A DNA stretch of 64,000 nucleotides from Eledone cirrhosa (Eukaryota), in assembly GCA_964016885.1 (NCBI GenBank), contig OZ024756.1:27528001-27592000 (forward strand), read 5' to 3'. The position numbers and the translations under genes are program-made. Each line of letters starts with the position of its first letter. The first letter of the stretch is position 1. The notes beneath the pieces are model-generated. The model ran no database searches. It was not told the origin of the DNA and saw only the letters and a list, made by a program, of their open reading frames with translations. Positions 12,800-24,691 of the stretch are shown in pieces.

Positions 12800-14280
12800 A
12801 TATATAAACAAAAATGTTTTTTGTTGTTGTTTTGTGTTTGTTGTTGTTGTCATGTGGATAGATGACGGGAACAAAATGCCTTGTGGCATTTAAAACCATT
12901 CAAAATGCTTCTGTATTTTTCAGTCCCTTCTGTGAATCATTAGAATTATTGATGTCGAATTGTTTTTCTCTATTTGGTCAGGAAAGGAAGAGCAGTGGTT
13001 GTCTCTCTTATCTATCAGTTTAACTTCAGCCTCATTCTCACCCAAACTCTTGGCAGCAGTAATTAAAGTCCGGACGAAACCCCAGAAGCATGAAGATAGA
13101 AGACATCCGTTTTCACCTTCCACTGTTCACCTTCACCTGGCTTCCCACTGTTGCTCCAATGAGCGACTTCATATCCTTACAAATTGTAATCTGGCCTGAA
13201 TGTTAGCAACAGAATGGAGTCCACTAAAGGTACCCAAGGGCCAAGCTGGTAGTGATTTTAAACTGGATGATAAGCCGCAGTAAAGGTAGACCAAGAAAGA
13301 CCCGAGTAGAGGTGGTGAGAGCTGACCTCAAATCGCTGAGACTCACAGAGGAGATGACAGAGAAATGCGAGTGGATTGATGCTGTGCTGAGAAGGCCCCA
13401 TCCAACCCATGCAAGCGTGGAAGAACGGAACTAGCTGTTGAAACGGTAAGAGGTCAGCCGTTGGGTCTCGACTCTTTATAATAAAACCATACTCTACTAC
13501 CCCAAGTATCGAGTACTCTGTTGAGTAATGGTCTAACCAGTTTTAAACTGGTTCTATCCTGGTTTATATAATAATTGTTTCTACGTTTGGCACAAGGCCA
13601 GCAATTATCTCAGTGCATTACTGGTACTTTATTTTATCGACCCCGTAAGGATGAAAGGCAAAGTTAACCTCGGCGGAATTTAAACTCAGAATGGCAAGGG
13701 CCGTAACTCTGTGTCAAAGCATGGCATCAGACCCTCGACCGATACTGCCATCCACCGCCCTAATAATAATAATAATAAGTTTCAGATCCCGTTAAGGGTG
13801 AAAGCAGCGATTATTTGCTTAAACTTTAATCTGTTCTTATAATATATAATTTGCATAGCTGTCTAAACGTAATGTTATAACTCTAAGGTAAAATTCCTTA
13901 TTGAGTGCTTTTGGCTGCACTTCCCGACAGCCTTCGTTAGCTTGCCCGCAATATAGATCTATATGATATACATACCAACACACATATATATCCTAGAAAC
14001 GATCGTAAAATGATGAATTTTTTAATATAAGGAAGTTTCTTTGTTTTTATTCATTGTTTTTATTAATTTATATATATATATGTGTGTGTGTGTGTGTGCG
14101 CGCGCACGCGTATGAATGTATGTATAAAAGAGTCATTGAATCCGACCGATTACAAAAAACGTTCTGAAACGAGAGCTATTGTCATAGATAACCCGGTTTT
14201 TTGTTTTTTTTATGATAAAGATGGTTGAACAACAATTAAAAAAAAAACTCTTTGGAGAGAAAAAAATAAAACAAGGTAAT

Positions 14281-14512
14281 ATTGGTTCCGAACAAGATTC
14301 GAACTTTTAATAAAATGACATTGGAAACACGGGTTTGTATATACAAATGTTTCGTAGTTACAACAAACGGTTGCAAGGCATATTGATCAATGAAAATGAA
14401 TGTTAATCAAAACGTTTAGTATGTATTAGCCAATGAAACAGCGTATAAGAAGTCTCTTTTTTTAACGACACCGAATCACGCACCAATCACCGCCTTCGGG
14501 ACAGAATTCAAA
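14281..14512 (+). promoter_or_regulatory. Candidate Aurora G2/M-type promoter (CCAAT boxes, MYB-like site, reverse CHR)
   Basis: ATTGG 14281, AACGGTTG 14366-14373, CCAAT 14430 and 14483, TTCAAA (reverse TTTGAA CHR) 14507-14512, in a locally CpG-richer, repeat-free patch followed by a strong donor. Confidence 0.6.
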
Positions 14513-14586
14513 CTTTGTAATACAACTCTACCGACACTTTGACGCTTGTCTTTCTACTCGCTCTATTATTTTATGATTAGAAATTG
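14513..14586 (+). other. AURKA: Probable non-coding exon 1 of the Aurora gene (start approximate)
   Basis: TTG|GTGAGT donor at 14587 directly after the promoter motifs; the first coding exon has an acceptor just upstream of its ATG, implying a 5' UTR exon. Confidence 0.55.
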
Positions 14587-15567
14587 GTGAGTATTTTTTA
14601 TTAATTAATAACATCGTAATAATATATATTGTCCAGTTTCTATCTATATGTTATTTGTCGGGCGTAGAGGTGGACATTGTCGGGTTTAAAAATATCCTTG
14701 ATGTTTGACTATAGTTTCGCTTCCATCTAAACTTCTGTAGGTGGTTTATGACTGACGAAAGAAAACAAATCTAATCTAAATTGTAACTTTATTTTGTATG
14801 TATTAATGTTATCTTTTTCTTTCTATTCCTACAAGAAAAACAAAACAAAACAAACTATAGCTTATTTTAAAAATTAGTGTTACACACACATATATACGTT
14901 GTACATTCAAAATTAACGTTTATGAACTGTCTATTTAATATATATACTCACATCGTGTGTAGTGTATATATGCATACACACACACAATATATATATATAT
15001 ATATATATATATCGTGTGTAGTGTATACAAATAACCTATTCTTAGAACCGTTGAGCGATAGGAAGTTTTTGAATTTAAAAGTTAGGAAACTTCAACATTG
15101 TTTAACTACTAAAAATGGTTGGTATAAACTCAGACGGAATTATTTGTACTGTCTCACGGGCGGAGGTTTACAAATTGTTTGTCTTCAGTATTTATAGTCA
15201 AACAACGTTGATACTTCTGTTATATATTTAAATGGGTCGGACGCCATGCTTTCCAGCATAGTTACGTCCCTTTACGATCTGAGTTCAAATCCCGCCGAGG
15301 TTGACTTTGCCTTTCATCCTTACGGGGTCGATAAAATAAAGTACCAGTAATGCACTGGGTAATTGCTGGCCTTGTGCCTAAAGTAGAAACAATTATATAT
15401 TTAAATGAAGCTTTAATATGCAACTTCTGATAATTATAAACACAACATATACACCACACACACAATATATATATATATACATACACACGCACACATATAT
15501 ATATATACACATACATGGTGAATATATTATGAGGCGCACGGCTTTGTGGTTAGGGTTCGAAGGGCCA

Positions 15568-16444
15568 GCAGGGTATAAAGTCACTAAAATGCAATGGGGT
15601 TACTGTGAAGGGGACAAGGCAGAGAGAAGATGATGTACGTTGCTTTTGAATTTTTGTAGTTTTATACAGTTATTGCTACCCTAACCCACAATATATATAT
15701 ATATGTGGAATTTACCTCATAAAACTAAAGATAACGGTTTAGTTGATGAAAATACCCGAGCATAAATTACTTGGCAGGGGAAAGTAAATTAAATCGACGC
15801 CAGTGCATTACTGGTGATTTGTAGTTTTCAATTTTGAATGGAAGGGGAGAATCGATTACAGTACGTTACTGGTACTTTATTTTATCGACCCCCGTAAGAC
15901 AAAGCTAACCTCGGCGGGATTTGAACTCAGAACGTGAAGCGCCGTAGTAGTTAGTAATGATAATTTCTACTATAGGCACAAGGCCGGCAATTTGGAGGAG
16001 GGGTAAGTCGATTAAATCAACTCCAGTGCATTGCTGGTGTTTTATCGACCCTGTAAGGATGAAAGGCGAAGCTAACACGGCGGGGTTTGAAATCAGAACG
16101 TAAAGAGCCGTAGTAGTAATGATAATAATGTGTGCTTTTTCATGATAAACTTTTTTTTGAACCTCCATTAAAATGGTGTTTACTGGGTGATAGATTTCTG
16201 CAAGAGTTTCTACACCATATTACCTAAATCTTTTTGTAGAAAAATAAATTAAACGGTTCTGTTTGTGTGGCGGCGAATCTATTACTCCCTAATTTGGAAT
16301 AAATTCGGGTTATATTTAGTGGGTTATGGTAGCAATAACAGTGTATAAAACTACAAAAATTCAAAAGCAACATACATCACCATCTTCTGTCTTGTCCTCC
16401 CTTTCTCAGTAACCCCATTGCATTTTATTGAGTTTATACCCTGC
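15568..16444. mobile_element. MITE-like element with ~120 bp inverted arms, interrupted by SINE fragments
   Basis: 15568-15689 is the imperfect reverse complement of 16319-16444 (cagggtataaa...tttataccctg); no clear TSD. Confidence 0.7.
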
Positions 16445-17897
16445 TTGGAGGTGAGTAAATAATTTCTTTCTTAAATAATGCAGGAGTTAAACTTGACTAA
16501 ATACCAAGGAGTAAAATTTTGCTGGTTTTTCTATTTGTACATCTATTTTTTTATTTTAATTTATACTTAGAAACAATCTGGATCCGTTAGAAAAAGTTTG
16601 AAATTAGTTTTTACGTCTACAGTTTTGGACTTAACTATTTGTATTTTAGTAAATAATTGTTTCTACTTTTGGCACAAGGCCAGCAATTATCCAGTGTATT
16701 ACTGGTACTTTATTTTATCGACCCCGTAGGGATGAAAGGCAAAGTTGACCTCGGCGGGATTTGAACTCAGAGGGCCGTAACTCTATGCGTCAAAGCATGA
16801 CGTCCGACCCTTTACCGATACTGCCAATCCACCCGCTTACTATGTATGACCTTAGCAACTGTGTTTATTTATTCATTAGTTTTAATAACGCTATCTTGTT
16901 TAAAAACAGTATTTTAACATTTCCCTTTATAACTCGGTTGCTGAACAAAACGGTAAATTTACTCGAAAAGCTATGTAGCCGGTAAACTCTAAAGGGACGC
17001 AACACACATATCGCTATAGTGTTTCACCAGTCCCTTCCTTCCTCAATCGTTCATAGGTGTGTGTGTGCGCGCATCTCGTAATTATTTTGTATAATATTAT
17101 GAATGTGTATGAGTAGATATGTGGGTTTGTACTTCTGTTTATGTATTTACGTGTAGATGTGTGTGTATGTAACTAATTGTACGTTACGAATGGACGACTG
17201 ATTTTAACTTGTTAACAATTAATGGTGGAAAAGGTATCGAATTGTCTTCACTCAGACCGTAAAAGGCCGCAAATCATGGTGTTTGACTCTCTTACCGGCT
17301 ACATAGCCTCTTCCAAATTTATTTTGGAAATGTTGGAAATCCCTCCCGGAAATATGTCGCTCTTCTACAGATGTTTTGTGTTTCTTGTATACACTCATCA
17401 TCACCATCATCATTTAACGTCCATCTTCCACGCTAGCATGTGTTAGACAGTTTTGTTCCATTTGGTGCGGGAATGGTCGGGAGACCGTGTTTCGCTCGTG
17501 CGCAAGTGTTTCTGGCAGGCTTTCTACGGCTGGATGCCCTTCCTAACACCAACCACATTTACAGTGTGGTCTGCGAGCCTTTTTACCGTGTCTGCTACAC
17601 GGCCACCTTACAGTATGGACTGTTGTCATCGACACAGTGGACGGAACGGGAAAGGCAGGATGGGGTAGGGTTGTGTGTACATTGGATTAAGAGGTGTCTA
17701 TACAGTTGTATAAATAACATTACAGACTGTTCAGAATTAAAATATAAATGCAAAAATAAAAATTATTGCTAGGAACCTCATGAATATAACGCACTCGAAA
17801 TATATGATCAAAGCTAGAGAAAGAGAGAGAAAAAACACTATTAAAGTTATTTTTTAAAATGTCTTATTTGTTCGTAAAAAATAAATGGTAATATATT

Positions 17898-18072
17898 CTA
17901 TTTTACGTTCGTAAACTAAACGATTCCCGAATGTCAAACTTTATTAAAATTAATACAAATTACTGATAATTGAAAATGCGGTAATTTACAAGTAATTTGT
18001 ATTTTAATAAAGTCTTTTGAATTTTTTTTTTTTTGACATTCGGGAATCGTTTAGTTTACGAACGTAAAATAG
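17898..18072. repeat. Foldback inverted repeat
   Basis: 41-bp perfect inverted repeat 17898-17938 / 18032-18072 with further nested pairing inside. Confidence 0.85.
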
Positions 18073-18547
18073 TAAATTACCAAATAAATTAATGGTTTCA
18101 GCGAAACGAGAAAGAAATTAGCAAATTTTGAATGTGAATGAAATTTTTTTCTTTTCTTTGCGATCCGTCTTAGGCCTACCCGATGAAAAAGTGATCCCCC
18201 ACCCCCACACGCTTTCGCAGTTGTAAGCAGGTTATGTAAATTATGTGTAGGTGCGTCTGTGTGTTCAGCAATGTTCCCGTATATCAGATACGTAAGAACA
18301 CACACCTGAATATACGGAGACTTCCGGTGCTGCTGAAAGTGCCACAGTTAGTGTTTACATTGCTTACACCTAAGACGAACGGTCACCCCTATTCTAAAAC
18401 AGGGGCATATTCTAGACAGGCGGCCCGGCCCGCAGGCCATAACCAGCCCGCCAGACCAGTCTGGCCTGCGATGACCCGTTTTTTAATTTTTACCTTTTAC
18501 CTTGTAGGCTTATTTAGAATTTTTTTCGTAACCGTAATACAATTTTC

Positions 18548-19169
18548 GGCACTGTCATGGTATTAGCTGTCAGAAGTGAAAGTAGGTGACGTCTATCTGA
18601 CGTCATTCGTCAACCTTCTCAATCGTTTATTTCCGTATCACTAAGAGATACATTTACGATGAGATACACTTATTAAAAAAAAATATGGGTACCAAATAAC
18701 CACGTAATTTTCGAGAGAAACGATAATATACAATCTTATTTAACATGTGCATTAAAAACTACACTAGCTGTTACAATTGTAATTAACGTGTAAGCAAAAG
18801 CTTAGATAACAATAAAGCATATCGATGTAAGTGGAGTTAACTTAAAATCAAAATATAGGTGGCCCTTAAAAGGGCCGGTGTTGAAACAAGTCATGGTTAT
18901 CAAATTAGAAAACAAATTTAAGTTCAAAACCGGCCCTTTTAAGGGCCACCTATATTTTCATTTAAGTTCTTACACGTTAATTACAATTGTAACAGCTAGT
19001 GTAGTTTTTAATGCACATGTTAAATAAGATTGTATATTATCGTTTCTCTCGAAACTTACGTGGTTATTTGGTATCCATAAATAAACGCGTGGTGATACGG
19101 AATTAAACGATTGAGAAGGTTGACGAATGACGTCACCTTCTTTCTGACAGCTAATACCATGACAGTGCC
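18548..19169. mobile_element. Foldback DNA transposon with ~250-330 bp inverted arms, each with a histone-type 3' stem-loop
   Basis: Ends GGCACTGTCATGGTATTAGCTGTCAGAA / TTCTGACAGCTAATACCATGACAGTGCC; 8-bp flanks caattttc/caatttta; arms pair nearly to the centre. Confidence 0.88.
18932..18947 (+). promoter_or_regulatory. Histone mRNA 3' stem-loop motif (mirror copy on - at 18861-18876)
   Basis: AAAACC-GGCCCT-TTTA-AGGGCC-ACC fits the GGYYYU-UYUN-ARRRCC-ACC consensus; no histone ORF nearby. Confidence 0.75.
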
Positions 19170-20383
19170 CAATTTTATGTTAATTGACCTATACCAAATA
19201 ACAGGTCTCGCATTAATAAAACTAAATTATATTTTATTTGTCTTTATTGTTTAAAAATGTATTCAAAATGTATTTGACTCAATTCACTGGTTTTCCTTAG
19301 ATTACATATTTTTGACAGTGACTGGTCCTAATAGTTTGTTCCAATGTTCAAAAGTGGCCCGCTAAATGGAATATGTTGCACAACCCTGTTGTAAAATATA
19401 ACTACAAGCCATGCATTCATGATTTTTGTGCTGTAAAAGTATTTATTTTAGCCTTGATCCAGAAGACCCTATAGAAGCGTGATTGGAATCCGTAGTGGAA
19501 GATTAGAAAATGATTAAAATAAAGACCGTGTTATTACAAATATCGTAACAACAACAAACGAAAATAACTGTTTAAAGCAGTGGTTCCCAACCTTTTCTGC
19601 CCCATGTCCCACCTCAACATCTCAAACATTAACAGTGATGATCAACAAGAAAGTGTAAATAAATTGGTGATGCCAGATGTACAATAATGTAGATAGTATG
19701 CTGTCGTGATGACTGAACAGTCTCACAACCTGCATGGTTGTGAGACGTGGGCTGTGAATGTAAATGGTGCGTTTGAAGACGAGAAAGAAAAGCTCTGTTT
19801 GATGTACATATCAGTATACGTGAATAACAAAGCACAGCTAAGTGGCGATAAAACTGTACATAAAAGGGAACCTATGTAGTGAACGGGAGAAGGGGTTGTG
19901 TTGGTACACACGTGACATTTTGTTTATACAAATGAAGCAGATTTTTAAGCGTGTTACTGTCTTTCGCCATTTTATCTTTTTCTAATATTAAATCGTGCAA
20001 CATCTTTTTTTTTTTTTTAAGGCGCACTCAAAGGGACATAATTCATTAAATATTAAATCAAAAACATTGTTACATTCCCTTTATCAAATGAGAAGTTAGA
20101 AATTAGGAATTAATCAACGGGCTACTGTCTGAAATAAAGAAATACATACACTTGGTCATTGGAATGTAGTTAATTCCACTTCTTCCCTATATTTTCCTTA
20201 TAGTTGATGGACTGTTGTTAGTTGGTATCTTTTTGCAGGCAAAGCAACATAGCAGCTGCAATCTTAATGTAAACTGATTCAGTAACTGTTTTCATTTAAT
20301 AATTAATCTACTAAACTGTTTAATTTAATTACTTTTTCTGTTTGATATTACAGGTAAATATTCTCTTCTCCAACTCAGCTGGA

Positions 20384-20559
20384 ATGGATGAAAATCGAGT
20401 GTTGAAACAGAATACAGTGAAAGTTGATCGTGAAGTTACCCATGATGCGAAGATCACCAGCCACTTGCCATCTGTAAATGATGCTGAAAACAAACCTCAG
20501 GGTCCCCGTGATAACGTGAAGCCAACAGGAACTGCTAATACTGTTCATACTGGGCGAAA
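20384..20559 (+). CDS. AURKA: Aurora kinase coding exon 1 (N-terminal region, [10 protein letters not shown]...HTGR)
   Basis: ATG in ggaATGg context after candidate acceptors ending 20353 or 20378; donor AA|GTAAGT at 20560; phase 2 joins the next exon (AA+C = Asn). Confidence 0.75.
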
Positions 20560-23500
20560 GTAAGTTTTCTGTTGATATTTTTTGGAGGGGCTATAATAAT
20601 GCTAAAGCTGCGATTATGTATTCTTAAGAAACTAAGAATAATGTATTAGGTCATCCCATAAATAATGTTTCTACTATAGGCATGGATAACAGCTGGGTAT
20701 AAAAGGAATTTGTGTGTGTGTGGTCTAGGGTGGATGTCACTTCTATAGAGTTGTCCTAGGTTGACGTGGTGTAACGTAATGAAGACTGGTGTAAAGAACA
20801 TGTAATTCATGAATAAGATTGTACAAGTTGTGTAGCAGTGGTAGTAGTATCTGGTCCACAGGGGTCTACACCCGCCCAGCAACTGCCTACCCTTTCTCAT
20901 ATGGTTCCTTCTCACAGGCGGCGCTTCTTCCCATCTATGAAGACCTGGAAAACTTTTCCAACATGCGCTTGAAATCACACAAACCATTCTGAATATCAAT
21001 GAAGACCCTTTGATCTGAAGTAAGAGTGGCGAAGATCATGGAATGAGTCCAAGTTTGCCAGCTGGGACCTTGTCTAGGACCCTACACCTAAACTAGCCAG
21101 CTTTGATCTTCCTAGAAAGCAATGGGTGTCTCTAGGTTGGGTGTGGACGGCACATTTTCTCTATCGATGGAAAGTGACAGATGGCTTGGCATGTGGCTGG
21201 GTACAGAGACAAGACAGTACTGTATGTTGTTTGGGGTTGCCCCCTCAGACGTCTTCCCTTCCCAGCATCCTGAGGCATTCCATAATACTACAAATGACAC
21301 CTGGGTCTGTCTCTCCAACCATTGTGTGTATGTCATACGACAGGATAACATAAAAATGTGATGGGTGGCATGCTGTGTTGGAAAAGACCCATCTAATGGC
21401 GCAAACCTAACAAAATGGTGTCATCTTTGTCTGCACACTGGACTACAGTTCATATTATTCTCTTACTATTTCTCTCTATTCTATATTAGTTTGATTCCTT
21501 GATGAATTGGCAGTATCAGTAGAGGGTCAGACGCTATGCTTTGCACCATAGTTACACACCTTTACAGTCTCAGTTCAAATCCTGCCAAGGTTAGCTTTGT
21601 TTTCATCCTTACAGAGCTGATAACATAAAGTACCAGTAATGCACTGGGATAATTGCTGGCCTTTTGCCAAAACTAGAAACAATTATTTTTTTTCCTTTGG
21701 CTAAGCCTTCGTGCACCATTCTCTCCCTTCTTTGTCAGTTGATGCACTTGGGATACATTTTCATCTATATTTGTATATGGAGGCACATGGCTTAGTGATT
21801 AGAGCATTGGACTTGCAACGGAAAGGTTGAGTTCAATTCTCAAACCGGGTGATGTGTTGTTTCCTTGAGCAAGACACTTTATTTCACATTGCTCCAGTTT
21901 ACTCAGCTGTAGAAATGAGATGATAGGGACTGGGGTCCCTATCATTCCACTGCAAAGTGGTCATGGAGGTGCCACGGCAAAAAAGCACCTAGCACTCACT
22001 GTAAATGAGGTTGGTGTTAGGAAGGGCATCCAGCTGTAGAAATCAAGCCAGAATCAGTTCCCGTCCCACCCTTGCAAGCAGGGAAAAACGGACGTAAAAT
22101 GATGATGATTTGTGTAATTTGCTAAAAGTCATAATATCTCTTGCCTTTGTCTCTATCTGTTTTGTTATGTCTTAATATGTGCTGGAATGAATGGTATCAA
22201 TCTAAATGGACTGAAACTGTTGTGATTTCCAGAGGTTCACTGCGTAGATGGGATTGTTCGTTTTTCTGTTTTTGCCATTGTCTTTGTCCTGTGTGCCCTC
22301 TATTTTGAAAATATATGTGTGTGTGTGGAATAAAAAAAAAAATTCTTTTACCACTGCCTTCCTTGAGATTCTATCTCGGGTCTCAGTCCTTTGTTTCTGC
22401 GGGTTCATTCACATTTGTTTCAACCAACGTTCCACTTTCTGCAAATGGATAGGTTAAGATTTCTTTTATTGGAATTTTTAACTGGATTTTATTTTCCTTA
22501 TCATTTAACGTCCATCTTCCGCGCTAGCATGGGTTAGATGTGATTGTCCCACTTGAGACAGGATTAGTCGGGTGACCATGTCTAGCTCGTATAGAACTGT
22601 ATCTGGCAGGTTTTCTACGGCTGGATGCCCTTCCTAACACCAACCACATTTACAGTGTGGACTGGGAGCCTTTTTTTCCCTGTGTCTCCTGCGTGACCAC
22701 TTTACAGTGTGGAATGGGTGCTTTTTATTGTGACACCTACACAACCACTCTATAGTGTGGACTGGGTGCTTTTTGTCGTGACACACGACCACTCTACAGT
22801 GTGGACTGGGTGCTTTTTGTCGTGGCACCTACACGACCACTCTACAGTGTGGACTGGGTGCTTTTTGTCGTGACACCTACACGACGATTTTACAGTGGAC
22901 TGGGTGCTTTTTGTCGTGACACCTACACGACGATTTTACAGTGTGGACTGGGTGCTTTTTGTCGTGACACCTACACGACGATTTTACAGTGTGGACTGGG
23001 TGCTTTTTGTCATGACACCTATGCGACCACTTTAGTGTGGACTGGATTTTTTGTGGTACCAACATAACTTTACAGAGAAAGGGTGGGAGGATGGAGTAGT
23101 GTGGTGTGGTGTATATTTGGTTAAGAGGTGTCTACTGACTGTAGGTTTAACTTCGTACGTATATCTTATATTTTCCTTCTTTTGTAGCAAATGGTCATTG
23201 AGTGACTTTGATATCGGCAAACCCCTTGGCAAGGGAAAATTTGGAAGTGTCTATCTAGCACGGGAGAAACGCAGTAAATTTATTGTTGCTTTAAAGGTGA
23301 GTCTTCATTTTATAAACAATGAAATGTTATTCATAGATGCAAGTGTTGCCAAATTGGTTAAGAAGCTTGCTTCAGAGTTATTAGATCCTCGGTTTGATCC
23401 TACCCTACTGTGTGGGATCTTGGCCAAATATCATTTACTGTAACTTTTATTTTCTGATCTAACTCTTTAGCATTTAAACCGGCTGTAGTTAGTCGCCACT

Positions 23501-24032
23501 CATACTAATGTTAAGGTATTGTTCTCAAAATATCATAGCTTTGATATTATGTGAAGTAAAGCCTTAAACATGTAAATGTAATAGTAAATATAGAGTAATG
23601 TAAATGCTAGAGGGTTAAGCATTTTCCATGGTTTTTTTTATTTTTATCTTGCAGGTCTTATTCAAATCTCAGCTTCAGGCTGCAGGTGTAGAACACCAAC
23701 TGAGGAGGGAGATTGAAATTCAGTCTCATTTAAGGTGAGTTGCCTTAATCTTTGTTTTATATATATATATTTATAGTTAAAGAATGAAGAGTAACATGGT
23801 TGGCTGTACAATAAGGGGCTTTATTTAAAGTACTGCCAATTGGTTCGTTGATCAGGTGAGTCTAGAGTTCGCTAATTTACAGTGTGGAATGGGTGCTTTT
23901 TGTTGTGACACCTACACAACCACTCTTTGATCAGGTGAGTCTAGAGTCAAATAAAGCCGTACGTTAAAACTATCCACGACGCAGAGTACTCACAACCTCT
24001 AACTGGATTACCTATAACGATAACTTGTTATC

Positions 24033-24066
<34 letters not shown>

Positions 24067-24624
24067 TGGAGGTAAACATTGATGCAATTCAATTCAAGCA
24101 CTCAACGTACTTATTCCACATAGGTGTGACGGAGTAAATATCGAATAAGGAAAAGCGAAGTAGTTTTAGATGATCAAGTCTTTTAATAATAATTGTTTCT
24201 ACTTTAGGCACAAGGCCAGCAATAACCCAGTTCATTACTGGTACTTTATTTTATCGACCCCCGTAAGGATGAAAGGCAAAGACAACCTCGGCGGGATTTG
24301 AACTCGGATCGTAAAGGGACGTAACTATGTTGGAAAGAATGGCGTCCGACCCTCTACCGATACTGCCACTCCACCAATGAAATATATATCACAGCATTAT
24401 TGTGGATTGGCAGTATCGGTAGAGAGTCGGACGCCATGCTTTCCAGCATAGTTACATCCCTTTACGATCTGAGTTCAAATCCCACCGAGGTTAACTTTGC
24501 CTTTCATCCTTACGGGGTCGATAAAATAAAGTACCAGTAATGCACTGGGTAATTGCTGGCCTTGTGCCTAAAGTAGAAACAATTATTATTAAAAGACTTG
24601 AACATCTGAAACTACTTTGCTTTT

Positions 24625-24691
<67 letters not shown>

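Larger units (their letters stand above)
18400..19388. mobile_element. hAT (Charlie-like) non-autonomous element hosting a nested foldback element
   Basis: CAGGG...CCCTG ends, subterminal GGCCCG motifs, 8-bp flanks ttctaaaa/ttgtaaaa. Confidence 0.6.

Noticed and set aside
16445-16456. GAG|GTGAGT donor as an extra 5' UTR exon
   Set aside because: Lies at the end of a MITE arm with no independent support; needs RNA-seq.
18840-18960. Histone gene or processed histone pseudogene
   Set aside because: No histone coding sequence near either stem-loop; only 55 bp separate them.
21779-21850. tRNA genes at A-box/B-box motifs
   Set aside because: They are SINE heads continuing into core and tail sequence; no convincing cloverleaf.
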